Source: Octopus sinensis
Lineage: Eukaryota
Length of the DNA stretch: 64,000 bases
Direction: 5' to 3'
Assembly (NCBI RefSeq): GCF_006345805.1
Contig: NC_043001.1
Coordinates: 98,270,001-98,334,000, forward strand
Shown: piece by piece, positions 1 through 13,480 of the stretch
How positions within the stretch are numbered: position 1 is the stretch's first letter
How the letters are laid out: each line of letters starts with the position of its first letter
Program-made: the position numbers and the translations under genes
Notes under the pieces: generated by a model
Told to the model about the DNA's origin: nothing
Seen by the model: the letters and a program-made list of their open reading frames with translations, nothing else
The model's database searches: none

Positions 1-938
1 CTCTTGCATACACTTGTGGAGTGCCTGAGCATTGCTTGGACTTAATTGGGACACCTGCTGTAGTGTATAAGACGGAACCGGCTGTCATCCGAGTCTAGTG
101 CAAAGATCGTCCTGCCGTCTTCCTCTGGTGGAGAAGAACAGATATTGTTTATTTGTCTGGTAGCCTTTGTGAAAGAAGTTGAGTACTGGACCAGTTTTAA
201 TTGCCTGAAGGCAGACAGTTTCATCTTTGGCCAGGCCCTTACCAACTGCTTCCAGTTTCACTTGAAGAGGGAAGTGAGGATGGAGAGGAAAGTGTTGCCT
301 TCTGACAAATTTGCTGAAAGGCGGATGAAATTGGCATGGATGGGTCCGAATGAAAGGGCCTGCCCAGGGCATGTGCTCTAGATTAAGAAAGAATGGGGAG
401 AGGGAAATTGCTCTCGAGGTGAGGGTGACCGTAGTTTAGAGGTGTTTCCAGGAGCAGCCCTTGGAAGTCTCCTTCTTTTTAGAAAATTAATCTGTGTTTG
501 AATTTAAAGTTCTGCTTATTTGTTTTTGTTGCTTAAACCTCCTTCATATTTTATGATGTTGTGTAGTCTTGTACCAACTCATATTAGAAAGAAGAGGGTT
601 TTTAAAAATTTTTTTATTCTTTAACCCAAGAACACCTCTGATCAAGGATACCTACGGACAAAGTTGATCTTAATTGTGTTCCTCTCATTTTATTTACAAA
701 CAACGTATACTTTGAACCACCCATCTCATGTGCTCTTCATATTTTAGAATAGAGCAGAGTCAGATTTATGGGGTATTTCCCTGTTATTTCTCCCACATTG
801 TTCGTTCTATAAAACTTTTGTATATTTCTAATGAGTAAAAGAAACTAAAATATTATAAACATTATTCCAAGGGGCGACTACTTTTAAAAAAACCTACTTA
901 GAATACAGTAGTCAAAGATAATCTGAAAGTTAAATAAA

Positions 939-1044
939 AATATTTAATCCACAATCGTTAGTCCGACAGAATATATTATGTTTCGCCCACGGCTAGGGCT
1001 ATACAGAATATATTTGTCGGACTAGAAACTATGGATTAAATATT
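939..1044. repeat. ~106-bp imperfect palindrome (small MITE/foldback)
   Basis: AATATTTAATCCA..TAGTCCGACA..AATATATT is mirrored by AATATATT..TGTCGGACTA..TGGATTAAATATT. Confidence 0.75.
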
Positions 1045-1061
1045 CTTAAAATATCATACAG

Positions 1062-1426
1062 CTAGAAGTATAGCCCGGCGTTGCTGGGATTTGTTTTCTT
1101 TTCGACCCCTTAGACTTGGAATTTTTGAAAAGTAAAACTTTTGCAATATGTAGCTTGTTATTCTCTTTAAGTGAACATTTTTCTGGTTGAAATACACCGG
1201 AAAATGGCGACACAGTAGTAAAAAAATCGTAAAAAATAGAGATTTTCATAGAGAAAAAAAGGACCTTTTTGATGTAAATAATTTTTGGTTTTAACATGAT
1301 CCGATTTGAATTTTTTTTCTTCTACGGAATGAAGAGCAAGCCTTCTTCTATCATATTCTCAGTTTTGGTCAACTTGCGCCGCAAGGACTCGGAGGAGATA
1401 GTGTTAGTTGAAGGCTACCAAACCTG

Positions 1427-1461
<35 letters not shown>

Positions 1462-1477
1462 ACTTCAGCTTTATAGA
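1062..1477 (-). mobile_element. Non-autonomous Helitron-like element
   Basis: On the minus strand it starts TCTATAAAGC, has an internal (GT)n tract, and ends with a GC hairpin (CCCAGCAACGCCGGG) then CTAG; termini resemble 15620-16006. Confidence 0.65.
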
Positions 1478-2042
1478 TTACTTGGAAAAAGGTTTTCAGG
1501 TAACTAAAACTGGACTGAGGTGACCACTAATGGATTTTTTTTCTTTTAGAGGGACGCGTTATAATTTTTCCTCCGTACAGTAAAAAACATAACAGCCTCT
1601 AATTGTTGGCCGATTATCCTTTGATATTGTATTATAATTTTAGAAGCGTCTTGTACTTCTTGCGTGAATTGATTTCTCTGTTTTATGTCAAAGCGTGAAA
1701 AGGCGAAATCTGTTTTTACTCGACATTTGGCCTAAGTAAAATTCAAGCAAGTTCTGTCTATAATCAAATTATATTATTGCCTATGATGCAAGTGAATTCA
1801 ATAACACAGCTTTTGTTTATTCCCATGCCAACTTTATATCATCAAATCTATTCCACCTCTAACCATTTCATCCATTTTCCCCACTTATAACATATCTGGA
1901 GCTACATTACGAAATGTGGCTTCAGCTTTTAGTAGACATAAAATTGTGATGTGTGGGTTATTCGGCTCCTACTTCTAGCTTAAATATTCATTGAATCAAA
2001 AAAATTCAAGCTTTAGTGCTATGGTAGTATAAATATGAGAAT

Positions 2043-2430
2043 ATAGGCGCAGGAGTGGCTGTGTGGTAAGTAGCTTGTTTACCAACCACATGGTTCTGGG
2101 TTCAGTCCCACTGCGTGGCACCTTGGGCAAGTGTCTTCTACTATAGCCTCGGGCCGACCAAAGCCTTGTGAAAGAAGCCCGTCGTATATATGTATATATG
2201 TATATGTGTGTGTGTATGTTTGTGTGTCTGTGTTTGTCCCCCTAGCATTGCTTGACAACCGATGCTGGTGTGTTTATGTCCCCGTCACTTAGCGGTTCGG
2301 CAAAAGAGACCGATAGAATAAGTACTGGGCTTATAAAAGAATAAGTCCCTGGGTCCGAGTTGCTCGATTAAAGGCGGTGCTCCAGCATGGCCGCAGTCAA
2401 ATGACTGAAACAAGTAAAAGAGTAAAATAG
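2043..2430 (+). mobile_element. tRNA-derived SINE, family A
   Basis: Head GGCGCAGGAGTGGCTGTGTGGTAAG with B-box-like GGTTCAGTCCC, central (TA)/(TG) tract, tail GGCGGTGCTCCAGCATGGCCGCAGTCAAATGACTGAAACAAGTAAAAGAG; more than 10 copies in the window. Confidence 0.85.
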
Positions 2431-2747
2431 TATATAAGTTACGTGGTTGGAAGAGATTTGCAACAATTATTCTAAGTATTTCTTTCCTATAAATAGAGTC
2501 GTTAATATATAACTATCTTCAAATATTTTCATCTTATATGTTTGAATCTCAAGGAGCCACTCAATGAATTGCAGCTGGCCAGAGTACTAATTAATACAAA
2601 ACATCTATAAAGACATGGACATTGAATAATTGATTTTCACTTTTAGAAATGATAATGATATTAATATTTTGAACTTTCTCCGATATTAAGGTCGCAGAAT
2701 ATAGAACTCACCGAAGAAGAGAATATATAGGCGACGACAGCTGAAGT

Positions 2748-3058
2748 GGAGGCGCAATGGTCCAGTGGTTATGGCAGCGGACTCGCGGTCGTAAGAACGC
2801 GGTTACGATTCCCAAACCGGGCATTGTGAGTGTTTATTGAGCAAAAACACCTAAGCTCCCCGAAGCTCCGGCGGGGTGGGTGGTGAACCCCACTGTACTC
2901 ATTCACAACAAATTTCTCTCACTCTTTCTTCCTACTTCTTCCACAAAGAAGAGGAACCATGGTGTAACCCACTATGGTGTGGTAAACTTTCAGACCCTTG
3001 TCTAGATTGTGAATCCTCTGTACCCCAGGATGGTTCGGCTCTCTACCCGTTAAAAGAA
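2748..3058 (+). mobile_element. tRNA-derived SINE, family C head with alternative body (truncated)
   Basis: Head TGGAGGCGCAATGGTCCAGTGGTTA; body GTAACCCACTATGGTGTGGTAAACTTTCAGACCC matches the reverse complement of 22027-22117. Confidence 0.75.
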
Positions 3059-3084
3059 CAGACAGGACTCAAACCAAACAGGAA

Positions 3085-3392
3085 TATGTGTGGCTGTGTG
3101 GTAAGAAGCTTGCTTTCTAACCACCAAGTTCAGTCTCACTGTGTGGCACCTTGAGAATGTATATTCGACTATAGCCTCGGGGTGACCAAAGCCTTGTGAG
3201 TAGATTTGGAAGACGGAAAATAAAAAGAAGTGAGTCGTATAACTTAGCGGTTTGGCGAAAGAAACTCGTAGAATAAGTACTAAGCTTAAAGAAAAATAAG
3301 TCTTGAAGTCGATTTGTTCGACTAAAAACTCCTTCAAGGCAATGATCCAGTATGGCCACAGTCAAATGACTGAAACAAGTAAAAGAATAAAA
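3085..3392 (+). mobile_element. SINE family A (internally deleted)
   Basis: Same head and tail as 2043-2430. Confidence 0.75.
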
Positions 3393-3599
3393 GAATGCAT
3401 GAAAGCAAATATCTGATATTGGATTGCTGAACTAGCTGACAGAGAAACAGCATTAACACAAACTCGACCACTACCATAGATTCACTGATTCTGTCCGTGC
3501 TTTTGGCTGTATTTGGTATGAGGTTTTGTAGAAAACGATAAGGGATTTTCCATTCGACAACAAACTGATCCCAGTATTTCAATCCCTATACAGCCTGGT

Positions 3600-3870
3600 G
3601 GTTCTGAATATGACCATCAGAGTCACTTTCGGGACAGCAATTAAAGTACGTCAAAGCTATCTCTTTGCGCCGTTGTTTTTCAACATCTTCCAACAGTATG
3701 GACGAGACAGTACGTGACTTCCAGCCTTCCTCTTGCAACTTGTGTTTTGTGGTCGATATCGACCTAATGGAAGGCAGCAAAGCAGAACTCCAGGAACTGA
3801 CCACCAGACTGGAAAGAGTAACAGAGCGTACGGAATTATGTTCAGTTCAGAAAAATATCTGATCAATAAT
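3600..3870 (+). pseudogene. Degenerate RTE-like reverse transcriptase fragment
   Basis: Translation NLCFVVDIDLMEGSKAELQELTTRLE resembles the LRFADDIDL..ELQ region of LINE RTs. Confidence 0.55.
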
Positions 3871-4209
3871 TACAACAGGGACATACACAACCACAGCCGT
3901 TTGTTTTGTGCTCCGTATACAAGAGACAGAACTGACCTCTGATGCACTTGTCTTCGAACGCCTGGAGTATTCATTCCGTTTTTGTTGCAGATGTCCAGCC
4001 TTTGCACAAGTGCAGAAAGGCTGATGCCGTGCGCATACACACACACACACCACACACACAGGACGCAAGCAGAAGCGCGCATACACACGCTCACACGTAC
4101 AAACACACACACTCACACGCGCGTACACACACGAGTATCAATGAAGTGTGCATATATATATATATATATATGGCAGGTGATGCTATTGAGCTAGACATAG
4201 CATGGGCCA

Positions 4210-4293
<84 letters not shown>

Positions 4294-4396
4294 GCATGCA
4301 CGTATGTATTTCTATCCACATATCAATCAAATCTATCAATCAATTAGAATACATACATATACATATGTATGTATGTATATAGGCACACATATATCC

Positions 4397-4463
<67 letters not shown>

Positions 4464-4887
4464 TAGATACAGGCACACGCACACATCTGTGTATACGCAC
4501 GCGCATGTGCACAACCAAACTGGGTACCGATAATGTATTAGCCAACCAAATTCAACATTGACTGAATTTCACATTATATTTTCTGAATATCTTTTCAAGT
4601 ATTTGCTTTTTTTTACAACAAACCTCAGATAGATACCGTTATGGTGAAGACTACCACAATTTCGTGGCGTTACTATCTAGTTAAAGTGAGACAATCTATA
4701 AAATAAATTCGTATTACTAGAATTTTCGGGTGAATGTTATTTTCAAATCAAATTAATTTGTAATTAATATCATTGCTCATTTAGCACTACTCTGAACTTC
4801 TCAATAAAATTCTTTAATTTTGACCTCTTATTTTTACTTCAGTTGAGTCATAAATTTTATAAAATGTGTATATTAAATTTTAAAATA

Positions 4888-6165
4888 TTGGGTTGTCCGG
4901 AAAGTTCGTGCAGATTATTGTAGCTTACCTATCGACTTATTTTAGAACATGGTTGAGTCCATAAATCAGGATTTGACTACACCGCCATTTAAAGCACAGT
5001 TTAAGCTATCTTTTCATGGAAGAAGATTTATGTTCCTATAACCTGTGTTAATTCTGTAACCCTTTAAAATGGAAGATAAGAAAGTTCATTATTGGCACTT
5101 GATGCTTTTCTTTTTCCGTAAAGGGGAAAATGCCTCACAAGCAACCAAAGAAATATGCGCAGTTTACGGCGATGCTTCTTTATCGGAAAGATGTGTACGG
5201 AAGTGGTTGGCAAGGTTCCGAGCTGGAGATTGTAGCCTTATTGATAAAGAGCGATCAGGCAGACCACCCACTACAGATGATGACCAAATCAAGTCATTAA
5301 TTGAGAATAGCCCACATTGCACAACCCGAGAATTTGTAGAAAGCCTCAACCTATCAAAATCCGTCGTTTATGAACACCTGGTAAAGCTTGGGTACATAAA
5401 TCGCTACGACGTTTGAGTATCACATGAGTTGAGTGAGAAGAAGCTTTTGAATCGCGTTTCCATCTGTGATTCGCTTTATAAACGGAATGAAAACGCGCCT
5501 TTTTTTTTTTAAATTGTGACAGGTAATGAGAAATGGATTATCTACCGAAATATTCAGAGAAAGCGATCCTGAGCGACATGAGCCACCTTTAGCCACCCCA
5601 AAAGCGAGTCTTCACCCTAAAAAAGATTTGCTTTGTGTCTGGTGGGATTGGAAAGGAATTCTGTACTATGAGCTTCACCCAAGTAACCAGACAATTGATT
5701 CTGAGAAATACTGCACACAACTGGACGGGTTAAAAAGCAGCAATTCAAGACAAACTTGCAGAATTGGCCAACAGTAAGAGTGTTATTTTCCAATATGATA
5801 ATGAAAGATCGCACGTTTCTTTGGGAATCAGACAAAAATTGCTACAGCTCGGCTGGGATGTGTTACCCCACCCTCCACATTCACCAAATATTGCTACTTC
5901 GGATCTCCACTTATTCGGGTCTCTGCAGAATAGTCTTAATGATAAAAATATCAATTCCTTGGATGACGTAAAAAGATACCTTGATGAAATCTATGCCATG
6001 AAACCACCTGAATCTGATAAGAGGGTATTTTCAAGTTAAAAGAAAGATGGAGACACATTGTGAAACAAAATGGTTCATATTTTGTTGATTAAAAATGTAA
6101 TGGCAAGTATTTATTGACCTTTTTCTTTCCTTTAAAAATCGGCATGAACTTTCCGGACAACCCAA
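4888..6165 (+). mobile_element. Full-length (1278 bp) mariner DNA transposon, inactive
   Basis: TIRs TTGGGTTGTCCGGAAAGTTCGTGCAGATT / AATCGGCATGAACTTTCCGGACAACCCAA; TA duplications at 4886-87 and 6166-67. Confidence 0.95.
5069..6092 (+). pseudogene. mariner DD34D transposase pseudogene
   Basis: HTH region (ERSGRP), WVPHEL decayed to *VSHEL, VTGNEKWI, CVWWDWKG, QYDNERSH, HPPHSPNIATSDLHLF; stops and frameshifts. Confidence 0.9.
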
Positions 6166-6167
6166 TA

Positions 6168-7100
6168 TTACAGCATGTAATGACGACTTATTATCTATCA
6201 GACATTAAGTTCCCTAATCTGTTGTTGGTGAACTTCCATGCACTCTAATAATGTGTTTCAGACCTGTGCAATATATTTGTTCCCAATTCGAACTATAATA
6301 TAGTGTGTTCTCTGGGCTTTTTTTTATAGTTTATATTTTCAGTTCATATGATTTTATGCTATTATAATGACAAGAACATATGAATTAACATTTATACATC
6401 ATCGCACTTAGATACTGTCAGCTTTTTATTGTAGTTAGTTAGATCAAGCTTTCCCTATGTCGACAACTGTTTCAAGTTCTTCTGTTGTTCTAAGTAGCGT
6501 TCTATCTGAAATTATATCCTTCGGTTTATTAAATTCGTAATCGTTAAGTTTGATTTTGCGACGTTAAAAACATTCTGTTTACGCTGATCAACTATCATTA
6601 TAAAATTTACAATATCCTGGTTTTGTGTTCCTCTTTTTAGCCCGAGGTTGTTCTTCAGGTATTCGTTTCACCCTTCTATACCATTTTGTGTAAGTAAGAT
6701 GGATATTTTCTTTAAGTATAATATCGTTGAGTTCTCGTCTTGTTCTTCCATAGTCTTTTCGTCTACAACAAGTGCACAAATTCTGTTTCAGACAGTCATT
6801 TGATGTTATGCTTAATTACCAGTATGAGCAGACGTGGTAATTTTATGGTTCTCAAATTCTGTTGTTTGTTATAAAGTATTCAAAAAGAAACTGAATTGCT
6901 CTAAAGTATCTAACAGTTTGTTCGTAATCTTTTCCATAAAACCTCTGTATGTCTTCTAAACTGAATACTATAGAATTATTCTGTCCTTGGTAGAACTTTT
7001 GCTTCATGTACCCCATTACTGAGTTTTCAAATATTGGAGGGAATGTAATATCTGTGATTATACCTCAGATTTATGTATGTCTGCATGTTTGCATGGATAT
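6168..7100 (-). mobile_element. Degenerate Penelope-like element (RT C-terminus and GIY-YIG), probably interrupted by the mariner
   Basis: Minus-strand remnants KYIAQV*NTLLECMEVHQQQIR (YIG..R..H motif) and RICALVVDEKT; a C-terminal NFIEKFRVVLNEQ* remnant lies across the mariner at ~4770-4830. Confidence 0.55.
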
Positions 7101-7392
7101 GTGTTATTCATGTTGTTACAAATATAAAATCGATACATGTGAATAAAATCTTCATAGAACATTCATAATTATCTTCCTATCTGGTTTACAGACTGGACAA
7201 ATTTTATGCACACACATACACGCACATATACATAAGACAATGAGTGTGTGTTTACATATATATGCATAAGCATATTATAATGTTTATATAACATAAACAT
7301 ATATATATACACAATATATATATATAATATACATATATACATACATATATATACATATATACATATATACATATATATAATATATATATATA

Positions 7393-7438
<46 letters not shown>

Positions 7439-7442
7439 AAGG

Positions 7443-7492
7443 AGCTTCTACAGGACTAGAACTGTTTCATTCAGAGAAATCTTCAGGAAGCT
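7443..7492 (-). ncRNA. Type I hammerhead ribozyme motif (Penelope pLTR)
   Basis: Minus strand AGCTTC-CTGAAGA-TTTC TCT GAAT-GAAAC AG..CT GTA-GAAGCT: stem I AGCTTC/GAAGCT, intact core, GUA triplet; one mismatch at the base of stem II. Confidence 0.7.
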
Positions 7493-8061
7493 AGTTAACA
7501 AGAATGTATTGGCATTTATACATTTAGGCAGGTTTAAAGGGGTGGTGGTGGGGGACTTTTTGGGGGTAGGCATAGCGCAAAATATCATACTTGGGGGAGT
7601 GGTCAAGGAGTCAGTGTTAAATTAGATAAAAGAATAAATAAAAAATAAAAAATATAATATATAAAAACAAGGAATAGAGTTAGGTAAATAAGGAGATTCT
7701 CACTTATACCTATGCACATATGTATACAATATACACACACACACATACAAACATTATACATATACATACACATACATACACACACACATATACTATATAT
7801 ATACACTTACACATACATATACATATCACACATACACATATATGTATACATACACACACTCACATGCATACACGTATACACACATGTGTGTATATATACA
7901 CACACGACCACACATACATATACACACAGAAAAATATATATACACATACACACACATACATACATACACGCATACACACACATATCCACACACACACATG
8001 CACACACAGCACACTAGTCCCTATATACACATATATACACATAAACACATATATATACACA

Positions 8062-8817
8062 TCTGTGACCCCCTTCGACGTCAGCATGGGTGCTAACGAC
8101 TCTGCTGAAATAAGTGACCTAGTGGGCCTTTTCATCCTCCATAGGCTGAAAACCCTATTCACAGGCCTCTCCGGTGGTCTTTACCGCGATGACGGCCTTT
8201 TCGCCCTCCACAAAATAAACCCCAGGACCACGGATGGGTTCCGGAAAAATCTTACACCTTCTTAAAAACTAGGCCTTAGGATTACCTTAGAGAATCCAAC
8301 TTAACAAAAGCTAACTTCCTTGACGTCACCCTCGACTTAAAAACCTCACTTTATTACCCGTACCACAAAACCAAATGAATCCCTTAGATATATAGATATT
8401 AATTCCAACCACCCCAAAAATATATTAGATAAACCTAGTAAAAAGGTCTCAATTAGAAATTCTAGCCTGTCCGCCACGGAAGATATCTTTAAGGCCGCAG
8501 CCCCTATTACAACGAGGCCCTGGCCCGCAGTGGCTTTAAAGATAAGATTACCTATACTAGTATAGCCCCACGCCAACCCAGGAAAAAATAGACGAAGACA
8601 CATTAGCTGGTACACCCCCCCTTCAACCGTGAGGTCGCTACACCTGTAGCTAAAATCTTCTTCACTCTCCTACAGAAACACTTCCCCACCCAACATAAGT
8701 ACTACACTATCCTAAATAAGAACACTATAGACTCTCCTACTCTACCACGCCCAACCTAGCCAGGAACCTAGCAACAACAATGTGAAAAAACTTAACATAT
8801 CTACTTTTCCGAGGCCC
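8062..8817 (+). mobile_element. Penelope-like RT fragment, frameshifted and cut by the assembly gap
   Basis: PFDVSMGANDSAEISDLVGLFIL..GGLYRDDGL, then NFLDVTLDL, YYPYHKPN and NSNHP, all typical PLE RT motifs. Confidence 0.85.
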
Positions 8818-8917
8818 NNNNNNNNNNNNNNNNNNNNNNNNNNNNNNNNNNNNNNNNNNNNNNNNNNNNNNNNNNNNNNNNNNNNNNNNNNNNNNNNNNN
8901 NNNNNNNNNNNNNNNNN
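8818..8917. other. Assembly gap (100 N)
   Basis: Run of N. Confidence 1.
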
Positions 8918-10584
8918 TATATACTGCACGTTTGCATATGCATGTGTGTATGTGTACACTAATTTCATGCAACATTTATGCGTATGCAATCTTCTAACTA
9001 GATTAATGCCTGACATTTCCTGGAAGCTGGAGAGCATAATTTCGTTACCCTATATCCTTAACTATATGCAAACTCGGGCATGTCAGTCTCCCATATCGTA
9101 GCACGAGTTTTATAAATTTAGATTTAGCGATCATAATCAGTTAATTTGATATTGTTATATAACAGATTCGATAAGAATTTATCCCGCCTATGCACTAAAA
9201 TCCACAGGCTTCTTTCCAACGCAACTAAGTTTCCTACTTACACTTAAGTCCACGAACATTATTCCCCACTGGGTCAGTGCTATCGTATTTTTGCCAGTAC
9301 GTGAGCTTCTATGTAGTCTTACGAAATGCAAGAAATAGCAGCCGTATCTCCATCAGATAATATCTCAAGTGTATACGTATATTTTTTTTATTTTTATTTA
9401 TTTTATCTAGTTTCAGCTCACGAGCTGTGGCCATGCTGGGGCACCGTATAGGGAGAGTTTACGAAAAAAAAAAAAGACGAAGACAGGTGGTGTAGAAAAC
9501 AAACAGACGTAGTAGTATAACGCTCAGGAATAGAAAAAGTATTTGATGCTTCGAGCCTACGCTCTTCTACAGAAAGGAACACAGAAAATCTGTTTTACGT
9601 AAAGTTCAAAGGTTTTTTTGACGTCGTGGGGTATTGCAAGGATTTCTCATCAAGAGTAGGGTCCACAGTGATCCGTAGGTAGGAGAGGTGCAGCCGGAGG
9701 GTAAATGACCAAAGGAGACGTGTGTGGTAAGAAATGACAGGATCAACATGTGCGACCACGTGAGCGTGTGATATATAGGGAGAGTTTACGAAAAAAACAG
9801 AGAGAGAGAGGTTATGAGAGGTAATGGTGTTAGTAAGGCCCATAGGTGTCAGGTAATGCTGAGTAAGTGCTATGGATAGGCCATAGTTAAGCTCCAGGTT
9901 CGGTGATTATATGAATAAGGAGTCCAACGTAGGTCATATATCAGCGTGAGTATATATATTAAAAAATTTTTTGCAGAATGAGATAAAAAAAAACCGAGGC
10001 TGTGAAGATTTTAGAACATTTATAAATAGGAGGTCTTACAGCTGTTTCCAGGATATTTATTATATCCCTTCATGGGTGACGGTGTGAGAAAATGGTTTAG
10101 CAATAGTTAATTTAGATAAGATACGGAATAGAGATTGAAGTGGAGGAATGAAAATAGATGTGAGATATGCAGGGATATTGCATTTGTAGATCAATTATTT
10201 AGGCAGAATGGTATACATATAAGATTCCAATAGTTTGTGAGTAAAATCCATAAGTAAAATCCAGCTGATTCGATCAACAGAACAGCTTGCTCGTGAAATT
10301 AACGTCCAAGTGTCTGAGTAATCTACAGATTCAGCGTGACACAGAATGCGAAAAGGCTGGCCCTTTGAAATACAGGTACAACTCATTTTTGCAAGCTGCG
10401 TGAACTGGAGCATGGTGAAATAAAGTGTCTTGCTTAAGGACACGACGCGTCGCCGCAAATTGAACACACGACCTTACAATCGTGAGTCGAATGCCCAAAA
10501 TATTAAGCCACCCGCCTTCACACACACACACACACACACATACATATATATATCGCTTGTAGCAAGCATAGACAGGCCTTCTCC

Positions 10585-10965
10585 AGGAGTGGCTGTGTGG
10601 TAAGTAGCCTGCTTATTAACCACATAGTTCCGGGTTCAGTCCCACTGCATGGCACCATGGGCAAGTGATTTCTATTATAACCTTGAACCGACCAGAGACT
10701 TATGAGTGGATTTGGTAAATGGAAACCGAAAGAAGCCCGTCGTATATATGTGTGTGTGTGCGTGCGTGTATTTGTCCTCTCTACCATCGCTTGACAACCG
10801 ATGTTGGTGTGTTTACGTCCCCGTTACTTAGCGTTTCGGTAAAAGAGACCGATAGAATAAGTACTCGGCTTACAAAGAAGTTCTGGGGTCGATTAGTTCG
10901 ACTAAAGGCGGTCCTCCAGAATGGCCGCAGTCAGATAACTGAAACAAGTAAAAGAGTAAAAGAGA
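10585..10965 (+). mobile_element. SINE family A
   Basis: Family A head and tail; an inverted partial copy lies at ~11395-11525. Confidence 0.8.
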
Positions 10966-10979
10966 ATATATATACATAT

Positions 10980-11335
10980 ATTTCTTAACTACCTACAAGG
11001 GACTAAACATAGAGGGGATAACCGAGGACAGACAAATGGATCAAGTCGATTACAATGACCCCAGTGCGTAACTGGTACCTTATTTATCGATCCCGAGAGG
11101 ATGAAAGGCAAAGTCGACCTCGGCGGAATTTAAACTCAGAACGCAACGACAGACGAAATACCTATTTCTTTACTACCCACAAGGGACTAAAACACAGAGG
11201 ACAAACAAGGAGAGACAAACGGATTAAATCGATTATATCAACCCCAGTGCGTAACTGGTACTTATTTAATCGACCCAGAAAGGGTGAAAGGCAAAGTCGA
11301 CCTCGGCGGAATTTGAACTCAGAACGTAACACCAG
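10980..11335 (-). mobile_element. Nested/tandem SINE family B copies
   Basis: Two reverse-complement copies of GTTCTGAGTTCAAATTCCGCCGAGGTCGACTTTGCC..GGGTAGTAAAGAAATA joined at GGTATTTCGTC. Confidence 0.8.
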
Positions 11336-11699
11336 ACGATTTCGGGGTCGATTAAATAAGTACTAGTTACGCACTGGGGTTGATATAATCGATTTAATCG
11401 ACCCCAGAACTTCTTTGTAAGCCGAGTACTTATTCTATCGGTCTCTTTTACCGAAACGCTAAGTAACGGGGACGTAAACACACCAACATCGGTTGTCAAG
11501 CGATGACAGGGAGGACAAATACACGTGGGTAGTATATACTTGTGGGTAGTATATATTTATATATATATATCAGATAATATTACCTGGTGTATGATATCTA
11601 GCTAAAACATGCAATGGTCACGGTTGGAAAGATATGATGTATAATTAAGTAAAAGACCTTTAGGCGAAGTGATCTGCGGTCTCCATATACAGTAAGGTA

Positions 11700-12000
11700 G
11701 TTCATATGCATTGTACCAACTTCAAAGTCTTAAATTCACAAAGATTATCTTTGCAATCAATAGATAACTCCTTTTTATGATTGCTTTCAGGAGCATATTC
11801 AAAGAGCACTGCAACACATGTCAAGTCAACCTGTTGCCACCCACTTCACCACAATAAGCCATTCAATCACGCATTTATCAGTGTGCAGCATCTCTGCACA
11901 CCATCGATTCACACGCTGATAGGAAACGGAACGAACAATGTTTCATATTCAAACTAGAAGCCAAGGTCAACAACGTATTGAGATAAACGATTTTTGTTGT
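11700..12000 (+). mobile_element. Penelope GIY-YIG C-terminal remnant
   Basis: FQEHIQ..PVATHFTTISHSITHLSV..RKRNEQCFIFKL. Confidence 0.5.
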
Positions 12001-12007
12001 TTTTTTA

Positions 12008-12242
12008 AGGCGGCGTGCTGGCAGAAACGTTAGCATGCCGGGCGAAATGCGTAGCCGTATTTCGTCTGCCGTTGCGTTCTGGGTTCAAATTCCGCCGAGG
12101 TCGACTTTGCCGTTCATCCTTTCGGGGTCGATTAAATAAGTACCAGTTACGCACTGGGGTCGATATAATCGACTTAATCCGTTTGTCTGTCCTTGTTTGT
12201 CCTCTCTGTATTTAGCCCCTTGTGGGTAGTAAAGAAATAGGT
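12008..12242 (+). mobile_element. tRNA-derived SINE, family B
   Basis: Head GGCGGCG(A/T)GCTGGCAGAAACGTTAG, B-box GGTTCAAATTCC, tail TTTAGCCCCTTGTGGGTAGTAAAGAAATA. Confidence 0.85.
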
Positions 12243-12304
12243 ATTGTAGGTTCATTCAATGGAATTCAACACTGTAATTTTATAGTTGCTCACATTATCG
12301 TACC

Positions 12305-12379
<75 letters not shown>

Positions 12380-12419
12380 CTCACTCACTCTCCTCTCTGT
12401 CTGTAAGTAGAGTGTACTT

Positions 12420-13480
12420 GGTCCTTAGGTATTGATATATTTATGTAAACACTGCGTGCAAGTTACTAAGTGCATTCTGCAGTTTAGTTCGATTACTATA
12501 TATAATAAATTTAACGAAGTTAGAAAAATATTTGAAGCTCATATTGACATTCTGGCGGTTAAATATCTTATGCAATTTGTTGCAGTTGATAAAATATTGG
12601 AATATTAAATTTAGAAAGAATTTTAACTGTATACGTGTTTTTGTATATTTCGCTTACTCCTTTATTTTCTGTGTACTTTCTTCATAGGCTGTATCTCCTT
12701 GTACAAGAATTTTTTCCTTTCCTTTGAAACTGCAATCCTCTAAGGCTATATTGTATTAAATGTCTACCTGTCAAACGTTCTTTTGTCTGAAGATATATTA
12801 AATCCGTTAACTTATATTTTTAATTAGATTCTATAGGTGATAAGAATCTAGTAGAAATTTCTGTCGAAGTACCTAAGTTTTTAATTGAGTTTTTGTATGA
12901 TTGTATTCTCCCTTGTCAAAATCTGAGGTGACATCTAGACTGTTGTCTATGCTTATATTAGTTGCTCGAGTGATGTTAAATTGTAGTTCTTTAAAAGTAC
13001 TGATTAAGTCTTTCCTAATCTTATTTAACTTGTAGTCGTTAATATTTCACGAGACAGACAATCGATCGTCTGTCTATTTAATGTTTTATTTTTGCTTTGA
13101 GCATGTCTTAGACTCAAACCCGACTAACTGGCAAATCTCTGCAATGTTCAATCAACCCATGCAAATATAAAAATCTTCGTCAACGTATTTCTCTCATACT
13201 AAATCCTTCCTTAATACGAGAGATTTTATCTGGAAATACATAATAATAATAATATACTCAACATCGTACTTTTTCATTTTTTCTGCAATATATTCTTCCG
13301 AATTTCACTGATTTAAGGAGGAGATTTTGGTAAAGGATGTCAAACATAACAAATTTACACCTACTTTTATTTCTATCATAATTTTGCTGAACCAGTAAAC
13401 TTCTGTTCTAGTGTTATTTTCCTGTTATAAGATGCTGGTTGTTCCATAGTTTCTTTTAACTTATTTTGGCATAAGTTTGA
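12420..13480 (-). mobile_element. Degenerate Penelope-like RT
   Basis: Minus-strand remnants DFYICMG*LNIAEICQLVG and NKIRKDLISTFKELQFNIT..NSLDVTSDF match PLE RT motifs. Confidence 0.65.

Noticed and set aside
1-480. GC-richer segment with short ORFs on both strands
   Set aside because: Truncated by the window edge; no motif recognised.
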